From Chloroflexota bacterium (GTDB lineage: Bacteria > Chloroflexota > Limnocylindria > Limnocylindrales > CSP1-4), in the NCBI GenBank assembly GCA_037446495.1, contig JBBIIL010000006.1, positions 33,462 to 81,556 on the forward strand: a stretch of 48,095 nt of DNA, given 5' to 3'. The position numbers and the translations under genes are program-made. Shown piece after piece: positions 11,873-21,052 of the stretch. Position 1 is the first letter of the stretch. Every line of letters begins with the position of its first letter. The notes beneath the pieces are model-generated. The model was not told the DNA's origin. It did not search any database and saw nothing but the letters and a program-made list of their open reading frames with translations.

Positions 11873-11933
11873 CAAGCCGACTGAGCGGCGGCGCTTCCGA
11901 GCGCCGGTCCCGCGCCTCGGGGGTCCTGCCCGC

Positions 11934-12398
11934 GTGAACACCAAGACGACGTACATCAGCAAGGACGGCCTCGATAAGCTCCGTGGCGAGCTTGACGAGA
12001 TGCTCGCCGTCCGGCGTCCCGAGATCGCGCAGCGGATCCACGACGCGAAAGAGCACGGCGACCTGTCCGAGAACGCCGAGTACGAGGACGCGAAGAACGA
12101 GCAGGCGTTCGTCGAGGGACGGATCGCGTCGCTCGAGACGATGATCAAGAACGCCACTCTGATCGACGAGCACGCCAGCACGGACCACGTCGGCATCGGC
12201 TCCACCGTCACCGTCACCATCGATGGCGAGACCGAGTCCTTCACGATCGTCGGGTCGGCCGAGGCGAAGCCCACCAATGGCAAGATCTCCAACGAGTCGC
12301 CCGTGGGCCGCGCACTGCTGGGACGCAAGCGGGGCGACAAGGTCGTCGTGAAGGTCCCGGCCGGGGACTTCACCTACACGATCACCGACATCAGCTAG
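11934..12398 (+). CDS. greA: Transcription elongation factor GreA
   Basis: HGDLSENAEYEDAKNEQ and ISNESPVGRALLG; GTG start at 11934. Confidence 0.97.
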   Translation: MNTKTTYISKDGLDKLRGELDEMLAVRRPEIAQRIHDAKEHGDLSENAEYEDAKNEQAFVEGRIASLETMIKNATLIDEHASTDHVGIGSTVTVTIDGETESFTIVGSAEAKPTNGKISNESPVGRALLGRKRGDKVVVKVPAGDFTYTITDIS

Positions 12399-12448
12399 GC
12401 AGGCGCGTTCGCGTCCCCGGACGACGCCACCGAGAAGGGGAGCGCAGG

Positions 12449-14053
12449 GTGGACTGGGCGGACGAGCTGGCTGCGAGCGTGCACGGGCCGCAGGTCGTCA
12501 ACGATTCCAAGACCCCCTCGGGGACGGTCCACGTCGGCAGCCTGCGCGGCCCCGTGATCCTCGACGTGATCACACGGGCGCTGCGCGCCCGCGGTCTGCC
12601 CACCACGCTGCTCTACGGCGTGGACGACCTCGACCCCATGGACGCCCAGGCGCTGCTCAGCCCCGATGCCATCGAGCGCGAGATGGGTCGCCCGCTGGCC
12701 CACGTGCCGGACCCCCACGGCGACTGCCATGCGTCCTACGCCCGCCACTTCGCGGGCATCTTCATCGACACGTTCGCGGGACTGGGCATCCGCCCTGACC
12801 GCTACTACTGGATGAGCGACATCTACCCCACCGGGCAGATGGACCCGTTCCTCAGGACCGCGCTGGAGAAGGCGGACATCGTTCGCGAGGTCTACCGGCG
12901 CGTGTCAAACGTGGAGCGCCCAGTCGGCTGGCTGCCGGTCCAGGCTGTCTGCCCCAACTGCGGGAAGGTCGGCACGACCATCGCGCTCGACTGGGACGGC
13001 CAGACCGTCCGGGTCGAGTGCCGCCCCGACTACGTGACGTGGGCGCAGGGCTGTGGCTACGCGGGTCGGCTGTCGCCGTTTGGCGGCACCGCCAAGCTGT
13101 ACTGGAACCTCGAGTGGGCCGCCCAGTGGAGCCTGTTCGGCGTCACGATTGAGCCCTGCGGCAAGGACCTCTCGACTGCCGGCGGGTCCCGCGCCCGCGC
13201 AGACGCGATCGCCCGCGAGGTGTTCGACCGCGAGCCCCCGCGCAACTTCCCGTACGAGTTCCTCAACATCGGCGGCAAGAAGATGAGCACGTCCAAGGGA
13301 CGCGGCGCCGCCGCCCACACGATCACGGCGGTCGTGCCGCCCGAGCAGCTGCGGTTCCTGTTCGTCCGCAGCCGACCCGAGAGCGTCATCGAGTTCGACC
13401 CCGAGGGCACCGACGCCATCCCCCGCCTGTTCGACGAGTTCGACCGCCTGGCCGACGCCGCCGCCGGCAAGGAGGTCCGAGGCGAGTTGCCGTCGGGCCA
13501 CGAGAACATCTTCGGCTTCTCGCTGCTGGACGCGAACGCCGACGTGGCCGCGATGGCCGACGGGTACCGTGCGCCGTTCGGGCACCTCGCACTGCTCGCG
13601 CAGATCCCGGGCGTGGACGTCCTGGCGCGCGTCGAGGCCGAGAAGGGCGCCACGCTGACCGCCACCGAGCGGGTCGACTTCGACACGCGGCTGACGTCGG
13701 TCGGCCGCTGGCTCGAGGCCTACGCTCCTGAGCGTGCCCGAATCGAGATCCGTCGCGACGCGCTCCCCACCGCGGCCGAGCTGCTCCGCCCCGAGCAGCG
13801 CGGGTTCCTCCGGGCGCTCGGCGAGGCTGCCCACGGCGATGCCCCCACGACCGGCGAGCAGTGGCAGGCCGCCATCTTCGCGGTGGCGGCCGACCACGGC
13901 ATCGACGCCAAGGCCGCATTCAACGCCCTCTACCTCGCGTTCCTGGGCCGCGCGAATGGGCCGCGGGCCGGCTGGCTCCTGGCCAGCCTCGAGCGCGACT
14001 TCGTCATGGCCCGCCTCAGGGAGGCGGGGGCAGCAGGGGAGGGGACCGCATGA
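12449..14053 (+). CDS. lysS: Class I lysine--tRNA ligase (LysRS1)
   Basis: DWAD N-terminus, TPSGTVHVGSLR (HIGH-type), DDLDPM, CPNCG zinc knuckle, KLYWNLEWAAQW, KMSTSKG (KMSKS-type), C-terminal GPRAG anticodon-binding motif. Confidence 0.95.
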   Translation: MDWADELAASVHGPQVVNDSKTPSGTVHVGSLRGPVILDVITRALRARGLPTTLLYGVDDLDPMDAQALLSPDAIEREMGRPLAHVPDPHGDCHASYARHFAGIFIDTFAGLGIRPDRYYWMSDIYPTGQMDPFLRTALEKADIVREVYRRVSNVERPVGWLPVQAVCPNCGKVGTTIALDWDGQTVRVECRPDYVTWAQGCGYAGRLSPFGGTAKLYWNLEWAAQWSLFGVTIEPCGKDLSTAGGSRARADAIAREVFDREPPRNFPYEFLNIGGKKMSTSKGRGAAAHTITAVVPPEQLRFLFVRSRPESVIEFDPEGTDAIPRLFDEFDRLADAAAGKEVRGELPSGHENIFGFSLLDANADVAAMADGYRAPFGHLALLAQIPGVDVLARVEAEKGATLTATERVDFDTRLTSVGRWLEAYAPERARIEIRRDALPTAAELLRPEQRGFLRALGEAAHGDAPTTGEQWQAAIFAVAADHGIDAKAAFNALYLAFLGRANGPRAGWLLASLERDFVMARLREAGAAGEGTA

Positions 14054-15375
14054 GCGTCGGCGTCCAGCGGCTCCGCGACGAGCCGGACCGCATCCGGCAG
14101 GGCGCGATCGACAAGCGCGAGGACCCTGGCCTGGTGGACCGGGCGCTCGAGATGGACGTCCGGCGCCGCTCCCTCCAGGCAGAAACCGACGCGCTCAAGG
14201 CCGAGCGCAACGTCGTGAGCAAGCAGGTCGGCGATGCCATCAGGGGCGGCGCGAGGCCGGACAGTCCCGAGGTTGCCGCGCTGAAGGCGGTGAGCACCGC
14301 GGCCGGCGCCCGCATCACCGAGATCGACGCGGAGCTCACCGCCACCGAGGAGCAGCTCGAGGACCTCCTCCTGCGCATCCCCAACCCGGCCGACCCCGAG
14401 GTCCCGGTGGGTGGCGAGGAGGCGAACGTCACCGTCCGCACGTGGGGCGCGAACGCGAGCCGAGTCGTTACCGAGCCCGACGGCGCCACCTGGGAGCGCA
14501 GGCCGCACTGGGAGATCGGCGAGGCCCTGGACATCATCGACAATGCCCGCGGCGCCAAGATCGCCGGCTCCGGGTTCCCGGTGTACAAGGGCCAGGGATC
14601 GCGTCTGCAGCGTTCGCTCATCAGCTGGTTCCTTGACGTCCACACCAGCGAGCACGGCTTCACCGAGGTCTGGCCGCCGGCGGTGGTGAACGCGGCGTCT
14701 GCGCGCGGCACTGGGCAGATCCCCGACAAGGAAGACCAGATGTACGTCGTCACGCGCGACGAGCTGTACCTGGTCCCCACGGCCGAGGTCCCGGTCACCA
14801 ACCTCCACAGCGACGAGATCCTCGAGGCGGACGAACTGCCGATCCGCTACGCCGCGTACTCGCCGTGCTTCCGGCGCGAGGCGGGGGCCGCCGGCAAGGA
14901 CACCCGCGGCATCCTGCGCGTCCACCAGTTCGACAAGGTGGAGATGGTGCTGTTCGAGAAGCCGGAGGACAGCGCGGCTGCGCTCGAGTGGATGACGTCC
15001 CGCGCCGAGGTCCTCCTCCAGCGCCTGGGCCTGCCCTACCGCGTCTTGATGCTGGCCACCGGCGAGATGGGCTTCGTGCAGCGCAAGAAGTACGACCTCG
15101 AGGTCTGGGCCCCCGGCGTGGAGCGCTGGCTCGAGGTGAGCTCGTGCTCCAACTTCGGCGACTACCAGGCGCGCCGCATGGCGATCCGCTATCGCCCGGA
15201 CAAGGGCGCCAAGCCGGAGCTGGTCCACACGCTCAACGGCTCCGGGCTGGCGCTCCCGCGCATCGTCGCGGCGATCCTCGAGCAGTACCAGCGTCCCGAC
15301 GGCTCCGTCGCCGTCCCGGAGGTGCTCCGACCGTACATCGGTGCGGTTACGATTGGGGCAGCGGTCGGCGCCTGA
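14050..15375 (+). CDS. serS: Serine--tRNA ligase
   Basis: N-terminal coiled coil, LVPTAEVPV, FRREAGAAGKDTRGILRVHQFDKVE, EVSSCSN, HTLNGSGLA; ATGA overlap with lysS. Confidence 0.97.
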   Translation: MSVGVQRLRDEPDRIRQGAIDKREDPGLVDRALEMDVRRRSLQAETDALKAERNVVSKQVGDAIRGGARPDSPEVAALKAVSTAAGARITEIDAELTATEEQLEDLLLRIPNPADPEVPVGGEEANVTVRTWGANASRVVTEPDGATWERRPHWEIGEALDIIDNARGAKIAGSGFPVYKGQGSRLQRSLISWFLDVHTSEHGFTEVWPPAVVNAASARGTGQIPDKEDQMYVVTRDELYLVPTAEVPVTNLHSDEILEADELPIRYAAYSPCFRREAGAAGKDTRGILRVHQFDKVEMVLFEKPEDSAAALEWMTSRAEVLLQRLGLPYRVLMLATGEMGFVQRKKYDLEVWAPGVERWLEVSSCSNFGDYQARRMAIRYRPDKGAKPELVHTLNGSGLALPRIVAAILEQYQRPDGSVAVPEVLRPYIGAVTIGAAVGA

Positions 15376-15425
15376 GGGGCGTCCTCGACGGCCGCGGACA
15401 TGGACGAGTTGAGGGAGATCCACCT

Positions 15426-15935
15426 GTGAGCATGCCGCCCCCGCCCCAGTACGCTCCTCCGGTCGCCGCCGGCCCCGCCCCGGGTGTCCGCTACGCCAGC
15501 GCTGGCGGGCGCCTGATCGCCTACATCGTCGACGGGATCATCATCGGCTTCGTGATCGGCATCTTCTACTTCATCGGGATCGTCGTGGTCGCCGGCGGCG
15601 CGAGCGTGGACAGTGCCGGCAACACGACGCTCGGCGCAGGCGCCGGAGTCGGGCTGCTGATCATGCTGATCGGTGCCGTCTTCGGCGTGCTCTGGAAGCC
15701 CTTCTGGTGGTCGCGCGGCGGCCAGACGCCGGGCTACAAGCTGCTCGGGATGCGCGTGGTTCGCGCCCGGGACGGCGGACCGATCGGCTTCGGGACGGGC
15801 ATTCTGCGGATCATCGGCTACGTCATCAACGACATCGTCTTCGGGATTCCGCTGGGCTTCCTGTGGGTCCTGTTCGACGCCCAGAAGCAGGGCTGGCACG
15901 ACAAGATCGCGGGCACGGTGGTGATCCAGGCCTGA
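15426..15935 (+). CDS. RDD family membrane protein
   Basis: RLIAYIVD, GQTPGYKLLGMRVV, QGWHDKIAGTVV; Pro-rich N-terminus; GAGGGAG RBS. Start is GTG 15426 or ATG 15432. Confidence 0.9.
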   Translation: MSMPPPPQYAPPVAAGPAPGVRYASAGGRLIAYIVDGIIIGFVIGIFYFIGIVVVAGGASVDSAGNTTLGAGAGVGLLIMLIGAVFGVLWKPFWWSRGGQTPGYKLLGMRVVRARDGGPIGFGTGILRIIGYVINDIVFGIPLGFLWVLFDAQKQGWHDKIAGTVVIQA

Positions 15936-16014
15936 CGATCAAGCCACCCGCACCGATGTCGGGCGGGCACCGAACGCCGGCCGGCGCCCGCTCAGCCCCC
16001 AACGGGCGAACGCC

Positions 16015-16578
16015 ATGACGCGGCAGCAGCCCCCGGGCCCGCCGCCGCCTGTCCCGCCCGCACCGCCCCCGCCCGAGTCGGGTTGGCAGGGCGGGTCCTG
16101 GGTGGCGCCCAAACCTATCGGCCCAGCGCCCGGTGTCGTGTACGCCAGCGCGGGGACCCGCCTCGGTGCGTTCATCATCGACTGGGTCATCCTCGGCTTC
16201 GCCCTCGGCGCCGTGTTCGCGGGCCTCGGCGTGCTGCTTGTCCTGGGCGCCGCGGCCTCGGGCTCAGCGGGCTCAGTCGTCGCCGTGTTCGCCCTCCTCC
16301 CGCTCCTGGTCCTCAGCGTGAACGGGCTCCAGGGGGCGTACTACGCGGTGTCCTGGTACCGCGGCGGGGCCACGCCCGGGATGCGCATCCTCGGCATCAG
16401 GGTGGTCCGATCGGTCGACGGCGGTCCGCTCACCAAGCAGCAGGCGATCCTGCGCACCGTCGGCTACTGGGTCTCGGGCGCGGTGCTGTACCTCGGGTTC
16501 CTCTGGATCCTAGTGGACGACCGCCGTCAGGGCTGGCACGACAAGATTGCCGACACGCTCGTCGTCGAGGCTCGCTGA
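16015..16578 (+). CDS. RDD family membrane protein (paralog of the preceding gene)
   Basis: RLGAFIID, GATPGMRILGIRVV, QGWHDKIADTLVV; Pro-rich N-terminus. Confidence 0.9.
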   Translation: MTRQQPPGPPPPVPPAPPPPESGWQGGSWVAPKPIGPAPGVVYASAGTRLGAFIIDWVILGFALGAVFAGLGVLLVLGAAASGSAGSVVAVFALLPLLVLSVNGLQGAYYAVSWYRGGATPGMRILGIRVVRSVDGGPLTKQQAILRTVGYWVSGAVLYLGFLWILVDDRRQGWHDKIADTLVVEAR

Positions 16579-16631
16579 CCGGCCGACCGCGCAGTCTCAC
16601 CGGGCCGCCCGCCCGCGCTATGCTCCGAGGC

Positions 16632-16717
16632 GGAGCGGTGGCCGAGTGGTTGATGGCAGCGGTCTTGAAAACCGCCGGGCGAAAGCCTCGTGAGTTCGAA
16701 TCTCACCCGCTCCGCCA
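16632..16717 (+). tRNA. tRNA-Ser(UGA)
   Basis: Acceptor GGAGCGG/CCGCTCC, discriminator G, encoded CCA; anticodon arm GCGGT-CT-TGA-AA-ACCGC; class II variable arm GGGC-GAAA-GCCT; T-arm GTGAG-TTCGAAT-CTCAC; -10-like TATGCT at 16619-16624. Confidence 0.97.
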
Positions 16718-17031
16718 GTTCGGTAGCAGATCATGGGGGCCGTTCGGCTGCTGACCGGCTGCCGCGGCGGACGCGGGGGTTGGGGAACCGACCCCGACTC
16801 CGGACCTGCTGCGCCCCGGCGCCACCCGCTTCGCCTCGCCCTGCTGTCCGCAGTGGTTGCAGCGACCATCTGGTGGCCTGGGCGGCCTACGAGGCGGCCA
16901 TCGGCACCTCCGAGTCGGGCTCGGGACCACGAGGGACTGCCGGCGGACGTCGCGCTGAGCTCCAGGCGGAGCTCCAGCAGGTTGCCGCGGGCGGCCTGCC
17001 CGAGCCGCGGGCTGCGCCGGAAGTGCGCGGC

Positions 17032-17048
17032 ACTCAGGAAGATGTCAG
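17032..17048 (+). promoter_or_regulatory. Possible OmpR/PhoB-family binding site (11-bp-period direct repeat)
   Basis: ACTCAG-gaaga-TGTCAG upstream of the efflux adaptor gene; resembles hexamer-N5-hexamer boxes of OmpR-family regulators. Confidence 0.3.
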
Positions 17049-17239
17049 AGACCGACCCGAAGATCTTGTCGTTGGACGGCATCGCGCCCGTGACGGGCCG
17101 CGAGGGACGGTCGCCAGCGACTCAAGCCCCACGTCCACAAGCAAGGCATCCACACGGCATCGCGAGCGGGTCGGAGCGATCCCCCGGCGCGGGCAGCCCT
17201 GGGCAGGGCGGAAGGGCGAGCGTTGAGAAAGGACGCACG

Positions 17240-19165
17240 ATGAAACTGAAAGCGCTGGCCGCGGTCCTCCTGATTGTGATCGGGGTCGGAGCGGCGGGCT
17301 ATGCGGTCGTCGGGCCGAGCCTCGGGGGCTCTGGCGCGCCGCAGTACCTGACCACCACCGCGGCCACCGGCACCGTGTTGGTGCAGGCGGTTGCGACGGG
17401 CACCGTGCAGTCCACGACGGCCTACGGCCTGGGCTTTGGCGCTGACCCCGAGATCATCTCGAGCGCCTCGACCACCGCCACCTCGTCGGCCACGACCGCC
17501 ACCACCTGGGATGTGCAGACCGTGGCGATCACCGTCGGGCAGACGGTGAGCAAGGGGGCCGTGCTCGCGACGGCCGACCCGTCGAGCGCGAACGTCTCCG
17601 TCGCCGTCGCCAAGGCGAATCTGGCCGCCGCGCAGGCCCAGCTGTCGGTGGACGGGGGCCACCCGTCCACCTCGGTGCTCGCCAGCGCCCAGAACCAGGT
17701 CAACTCGGCGTCCCTCCAGGTCACGGTCCAGCAGCACAACACGCAGAACTCCTTGGCGACAAACCAGCTGAACCTCCAGAAGGCGCAGACGGCGCTGGAC
17801 AACGCGAATGCCGCACTGGCCCAGGCGCAGGGCGGCCCGACTGCCGACCAGATCACCCAGGCGCAGGCCTCGCTGAACAACGCGCAGCTGTCGCTGACCC
17901 AGGCCCAGCAGAAGCTGACCTCACAGCAGGCGACGGACTCGCAGACGCTGCAGGCCGACCAGACCGCTCTCGCGAACGCCCAGTCCGCGCTCGCCGCTGC
18001 AGAGGCCACGCTGGTCACGGACCAGAGCGCCATCCCCGCCGTGCCCGCGACGCAGATCGCCTCGGACCACGCGGCCGTCACCGCCGCCCAGCAGGCCCAG
18101 CAGACCGCCCAGAACAGGTACAGCGCCGACCAGACCGCCGCCCAGAACGCGGAGCAGTCGGCCTCGTTGGCGGTCACCCAGGCCCAGAACGGCCTGAGCG
18201 CCGCGCAGGCGACCTACAACATCAACACCACGCCGTCCACGACCGCCGTCTCGAGCGCCCAGCAGCAGGTGGTGTCGGCCCAGCAGAACCTGACCTCGGC
18301 CAAGCAGGCGCTGGCGGCGGCGAAGACCTCGCAGTCGGATAGCCTGGCCCAGGCCCAGCAGACCCTGGCGTCGGCCATGACCAGCTATGCGTCGTCCACC
18401 GGTCCGCAGTCGGCAGCGGTGGTCGCGAGGGACAGGGCCTCCGTCTCGCAGGCGCAGCAGGCTCTTGCGACCGCCGAGACGACCGCATCCCACACGACGC
18501 TGACGGCACCGGCCGACGGCCAGATTGTCGCGGTCAACGTGCAGCCCGGCACCATCGCGCCGACCGGCTGGGCGATCACGATGCAGTCCACCGCCCTCGA
18601 GGCGACGGCGAGCTTTGCCGAGACCTCCGTGGTCGGGCTCAAGGTCGGGCAGCCGGCGACGGTCACGGTGACGGCCCCCAACGCCACAGTCCAGGGGACC
18701 GTGGCCGCGATCCAGCCCGTCGGGACCAGCTCCGGGTCGAACAGCGTCGTGACCTACAGCGTCACTGTGTCGCTCGACAGCCCGCCTTCCACGGTCCTGT
18801 CGGGCATGTCCTCCAGCGTCGCCGTCACGACAGCGGAGGCGAAGAGCGTGGTCACCGTCCCGGCGATCGCGGTTGTCGGCTCGTCCGGCAGCTACGAGGT
18901 CCGCACGCTCGACGGCACCGGCCAGCTCCAGCTCGTGCCTGTCCAGATCGGCCTCATGAGCACCTCGCTGGCCGAGATCCAGAGCGGCATCAGCGCGGGC
19001 GAGACCGTGGTCACCGGCACCGTCACCGCGCTCAACTCAACGTCTACGACCGCCGGCGGCTTCGGCGGCTTGGGCGGGATCGGCGGCGGCACGGGCGGCC
19101 AGTTCCGCGGGCGCACGGGCGGCACCGGCGGCACGGGCGGCACGGGCGGCGGCGGCCAGCCATGA
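17240..19165 (+). CDS. MacA/YknX-like membrane fusion (adaptor) protein with a very long coiled coil
   Basis: AAAGGA RBS, N-terminal anchor ([17 protein letters not shown]), lipoyl half motifs [13 protein letters not shown] and [14 protein letters not shown], beta-barrel ([13 protein letters not shown]), Gly-rich tail. Confidence 0.88.
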   Translation: MKLKALAAVLLIVIGVGAAGYAVVGPSLGGSGAPQYLTTTAATGTVLVQAVATGTVQSTTAYGLGFGADPEIISSASTTATSSATTATTWDVQTVAITVGQTVSKGAVLATADPSSANVSVAVAKANLAAAQAQLSVDGGHPSTSVLASAQNQVNSASLQVTVQQHNTQNSLATNQLNLQKAQTALDNANAALAQAQGGPTADQITQAQASLNNAQLSLTQAQQKLTSQQATDSQTLQADQTALANAQSALAAAEATLVTDQSAIPAVPATQIASDHAAVTAAQQAQQTAQNRYSADQTAAQNAEQSASLAVTQAQNGLSAAQATYNINTTPSTTAVSSAQQQVVSAQQNLTSAKQALAAAKTSQSDSLAQAQQTLASAMTSYASSTGPQSAAVVARDRASVSQAQQALATAETTASHTTLTAPADGQIVAVNVQPGTIAPTGWAITMQSTALEATASFAETSVVGLKVGQPATVTVTAPNATVQGTVAAIQPVGTSSGSNSVVTYSVTVSLDSPPSTVLSGMSSSVAVTTAEAKSVVTVPAIAVVGSSGSYEVRTLDGTGQLQLVPVQIGLMSTSLAEIQSGISAGETVVTGTVTALNSTSTTAGGFGGLGGIGGGTGGQFRGRTGGTGGTGGTGGGGQP

Positions 19166-19245
19166 GCTGCCCGACAAGCTTGCTCGAGGCTCCGGGGCGG
19201 GCGATGCGCCACGCCTGCGACGGTGCCGGGAGGACGGCGGCATGA
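19162..19245 (+). other. 27-codon mini-ORF bridging adaptor and permease genes (possible remnant of a deleted ABC ATPase gene)
   Basis: [27 protein letters not shown]; ATGA overlaps with both the upstream stop and the downstream start. Confidence 0.35.
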
Positions 19246-20453
19246 AGCTGGGCGACCTGCTCCGCGTCGCGGTCTCCCGCCTCGGCACCGGCAAGCTCCG
19301 CACGGGGCTCACCATGCTCGGCGTCATCATCGGCGTCGCGTCGGTCGTGGCACTGGTGTCGGTCGGCCAAGGCGCCACCTCGGGGATCAACAGCCGCCTC
19401 GAGGGCCTGGGCACCAACCTGCTGTCAGTGACGCCCGGCGCCACGACCACCGGCGCGACGCGCGGCGCGTTCGGGTCCGCCACCACGCTCACCACCGAGG
19501 ACGCGACGGCCCTGGCCTCGCTCGGGCACGTCGCGGGCGTCGCGCCCGAGCTGTCCACCTCGCACCTGATCGCGGTCGGCGGCCAGAACGAGACCACGTC
19601 CGTCATCGGCACCACGCCGGACTATCCCCTCGTGTTCGCCTATGAGGTGTGGCAGGGGTCGTTCCTCACCCAGGCGAGCGTCGACCACGCGCTGCGCGTG
19701 GCGGTGCTGGGCAACACGACCGCGTCGAACCTGGGCCTCGACGCCTCGTCCGTCGGCAGCACGATCTACATCAGCGGGCTGCCGTTCGAGGTGGTCGGCA
19801 TCCTGCAGCCCAAGGGCGGGCAGGGGTTCGCGAACCCCGACGACGAGGTGCTCATCCCGGTCACCACGGCGCGCCAGCTGTTCACCTCCACGGACTCCGT
19901 CCGCACGGTCGGGGTCAGCGTCGCCACGGCAGCCGACATGGACGTCGTCACGGCGGAGATCACCACCGCGCTCGATCAGCGGCACGGCATCGGCACTGGC
20001 GGCACGGCGGACTTCACGGTCACCAGCCAGACCCAGCTCCTCTCGACCGTCAGCTCGGTGACCACACTGCTCACGGTGCTGCTCGGCGGCATCGCGTCGA
20101 TCTCGCTCCTCGTCGGCGGCATCGGGATCATGAACATCATGCTGGTATCGGTCCGCGAGCGGATCCGCGAGATCGGCATCCGCAAGGCGATCGGCGCCAG
20201 GAGCCGGGACATCCTGCTGCAGTTCCTGTTCGAGGCGCTGCTGCTGTCGGTTGCCGGCGGGCTCATCGGGATCCTGGTCGGTGTGGCGACGTCGGCTCTC
20301 ATCGCCGTCCTGGCCGGCTGGGCCTTCACCTTCAGCCTGGTGACCGTCGCCGTCGCGGTCGTCTTCTCACTCATCGTGGGCGTCATCTTCGGGGTCTGGC
20401 CGGCCATGCAGGCCGCGCGCCTCGACCCGGTGGTGGCCCTGCGCTACGAGTAG
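19242..20453 (+). CDS. MacB/FtsX-family ABC transporter permease (no NBD)
   Basis: [69 protein letters not shown]. Confidence 0.95.
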   Translation: MKLGDLLRVAVSRLGTGKLRTGLTMLGVIIGVASVVALVSVGQGATSGINSRLEGLGTNLLSVTPGATTTGATRGAFGSATTLTTEDATALASLGHVAGVAPELSTSHLIAVGGQNETTSVIGTTPDYPLVFAYEVWQGSFLTQASVDHALRVAVLGNTTASNLGLDASSVGSTIYISGLPFEVVGILQPKGGQGFANPDDEVLIPVTTARQLFTSTDSVRTVGVSVATAADMDVVTAEITTALDQRHGIGTGGTADFTVTSQTQLLSTVSSVTTLLTVLLGGIASISLLVGGIGIMNIMLVSVRERIREIGIRKAIGARSRDILLQFLFEALLLSVAGGLIGILVGVATSALIAVLAGWAFTFSLVTVAVAVVFSLIVGVIFGVWPAMQAARLDPVVALRYE

Positions 20454-20500
20454 CCCGCAGGCGGGCCACGCCCGCAGGCGGGCCACGCCCGCGTGGCGGG
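20453..20500. repeat. Tandem mini-hairpin repeat (17-bp unit GCCCGCAGGCGGGCCAC x2 plus a variant third copy)
   Basis: Each unit contains the inverted repeat gcccgc-ag-gcgggc. Confidence 0.7.
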
Positions 20501-20525
20501 TCGAGCACCCGAAACCTTCCGGAGT

Positions 20526-20568
20526 CGACCTCCGGAGCCGACGGCGAATGCCCCGGCTCCGGAGGTCG
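20526..20568. repeat. Perfect 15-bp inverted repeat (strong hairpin)
   Basis: cgacctccggagccg (20526-20540), 13-nt loop, cggctccggaggtcg (20554-20568). Confidence 0.75.
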
Positions 20569-20651
20569 CGACGCATCGCCCGAGGGTGACAAAGTCGCTG
20601 TCGTCTGAGCTCGGACAGTGCGCTGACGTCTACCACCGGCGCGCTGAGCGC

Positions 20652-20680
20652 TTGACGGCCCGCTACCCGCGGCCGATACT
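20652..20680 (+). promoter_or_regulatory. Sigma70-type promoter of the trp leader/operon
   Basis: TTGACG (20652-20657), 17-bp spacer, GATACT (20675-20680). Confidence 0.7.
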
Positions 20681-20701
20681 CCGGCCCACAACTGAACACC
20701 G

Positions 20702-21037
20702 GGCATCGATCGGGACGAGTACCCGTCGTGCGCCACACCAGAGACCCGGCGGACGGTGCGAGCCGGGGTGGCATCGGCGGCGAATGGACCCGGGAGCCCC
20801 CGGACCGAACGCGGGGCGCCGAACCAGGGAGCGAGAGCAAACCGGGACGACGCGGACGACAAGTAGGCTCCGGCGCAGAGCGCCAGCGTTACAGGGCAGC
20901 GCCGATCGACCGGTGGCGGGCAACCGCAACGAACGGTCCGTCGGTCAGAGAGCGGCACACCGCCGAACACGGGTGGCACCGCGGAAGGAGCAACGACCTT
21001 TCGTCCCGACAGGACGAATCAGGTCGTTCTCGATTCT
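20702..21037 (+). promoter_or_regulatory. T-box riboswitch, Trp specifier
   Basis: Stem I with AGTA S-turn, AGAGA bulge, GGTGCGA distal loop and specifier GAA-TGG-A (TGG 20785-20787); Stem II GAA/AGTA; GCGTTA IIA/B motif; T-box CGGG-TGGCACC-GCG (bulge 20974-20980) pairing with CGT-CCCG; competing hairpin AACGACCTTTCGTCC/GGACGAATCAGGTCGTT. Confidence 0.92.
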
Positions 21038-21052
21038 CAAGGACCTCACGTC

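Noticed and set aside
16632-16717. Selenocysteine or suppressor tRNA
   Set aside because: The anticodon is UGA (reads UCA, Ser), not UCA. It has a normal 7-bp acceptor stem and G discriminator.
16718-17239. Protein-coding gene or c-di-AMP/c-di-GMP riboswitch between tRNA-Ser and the adaptor gene
   Set aside because: The ORFs here lack an RBS and recognisable motifs. The GGGGAACC stretch lacks the other conserved ydaO elements. I treated it as promoter/leader DNA.
16632-20600. Genomic island integrated at tRNA-Ser
   Set aside because: I found no duplicate of the tRNA 3' end downstream and no integrase, and codon usage of the exporter genes looks native.
20680-21052. Ribosome-mediated trpL leader-peptide attenuator
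   Set aside because: No short ORF with tandem Trp codons is present. The relevant UGG lies in a T-box specifier loop, which explains the leader.
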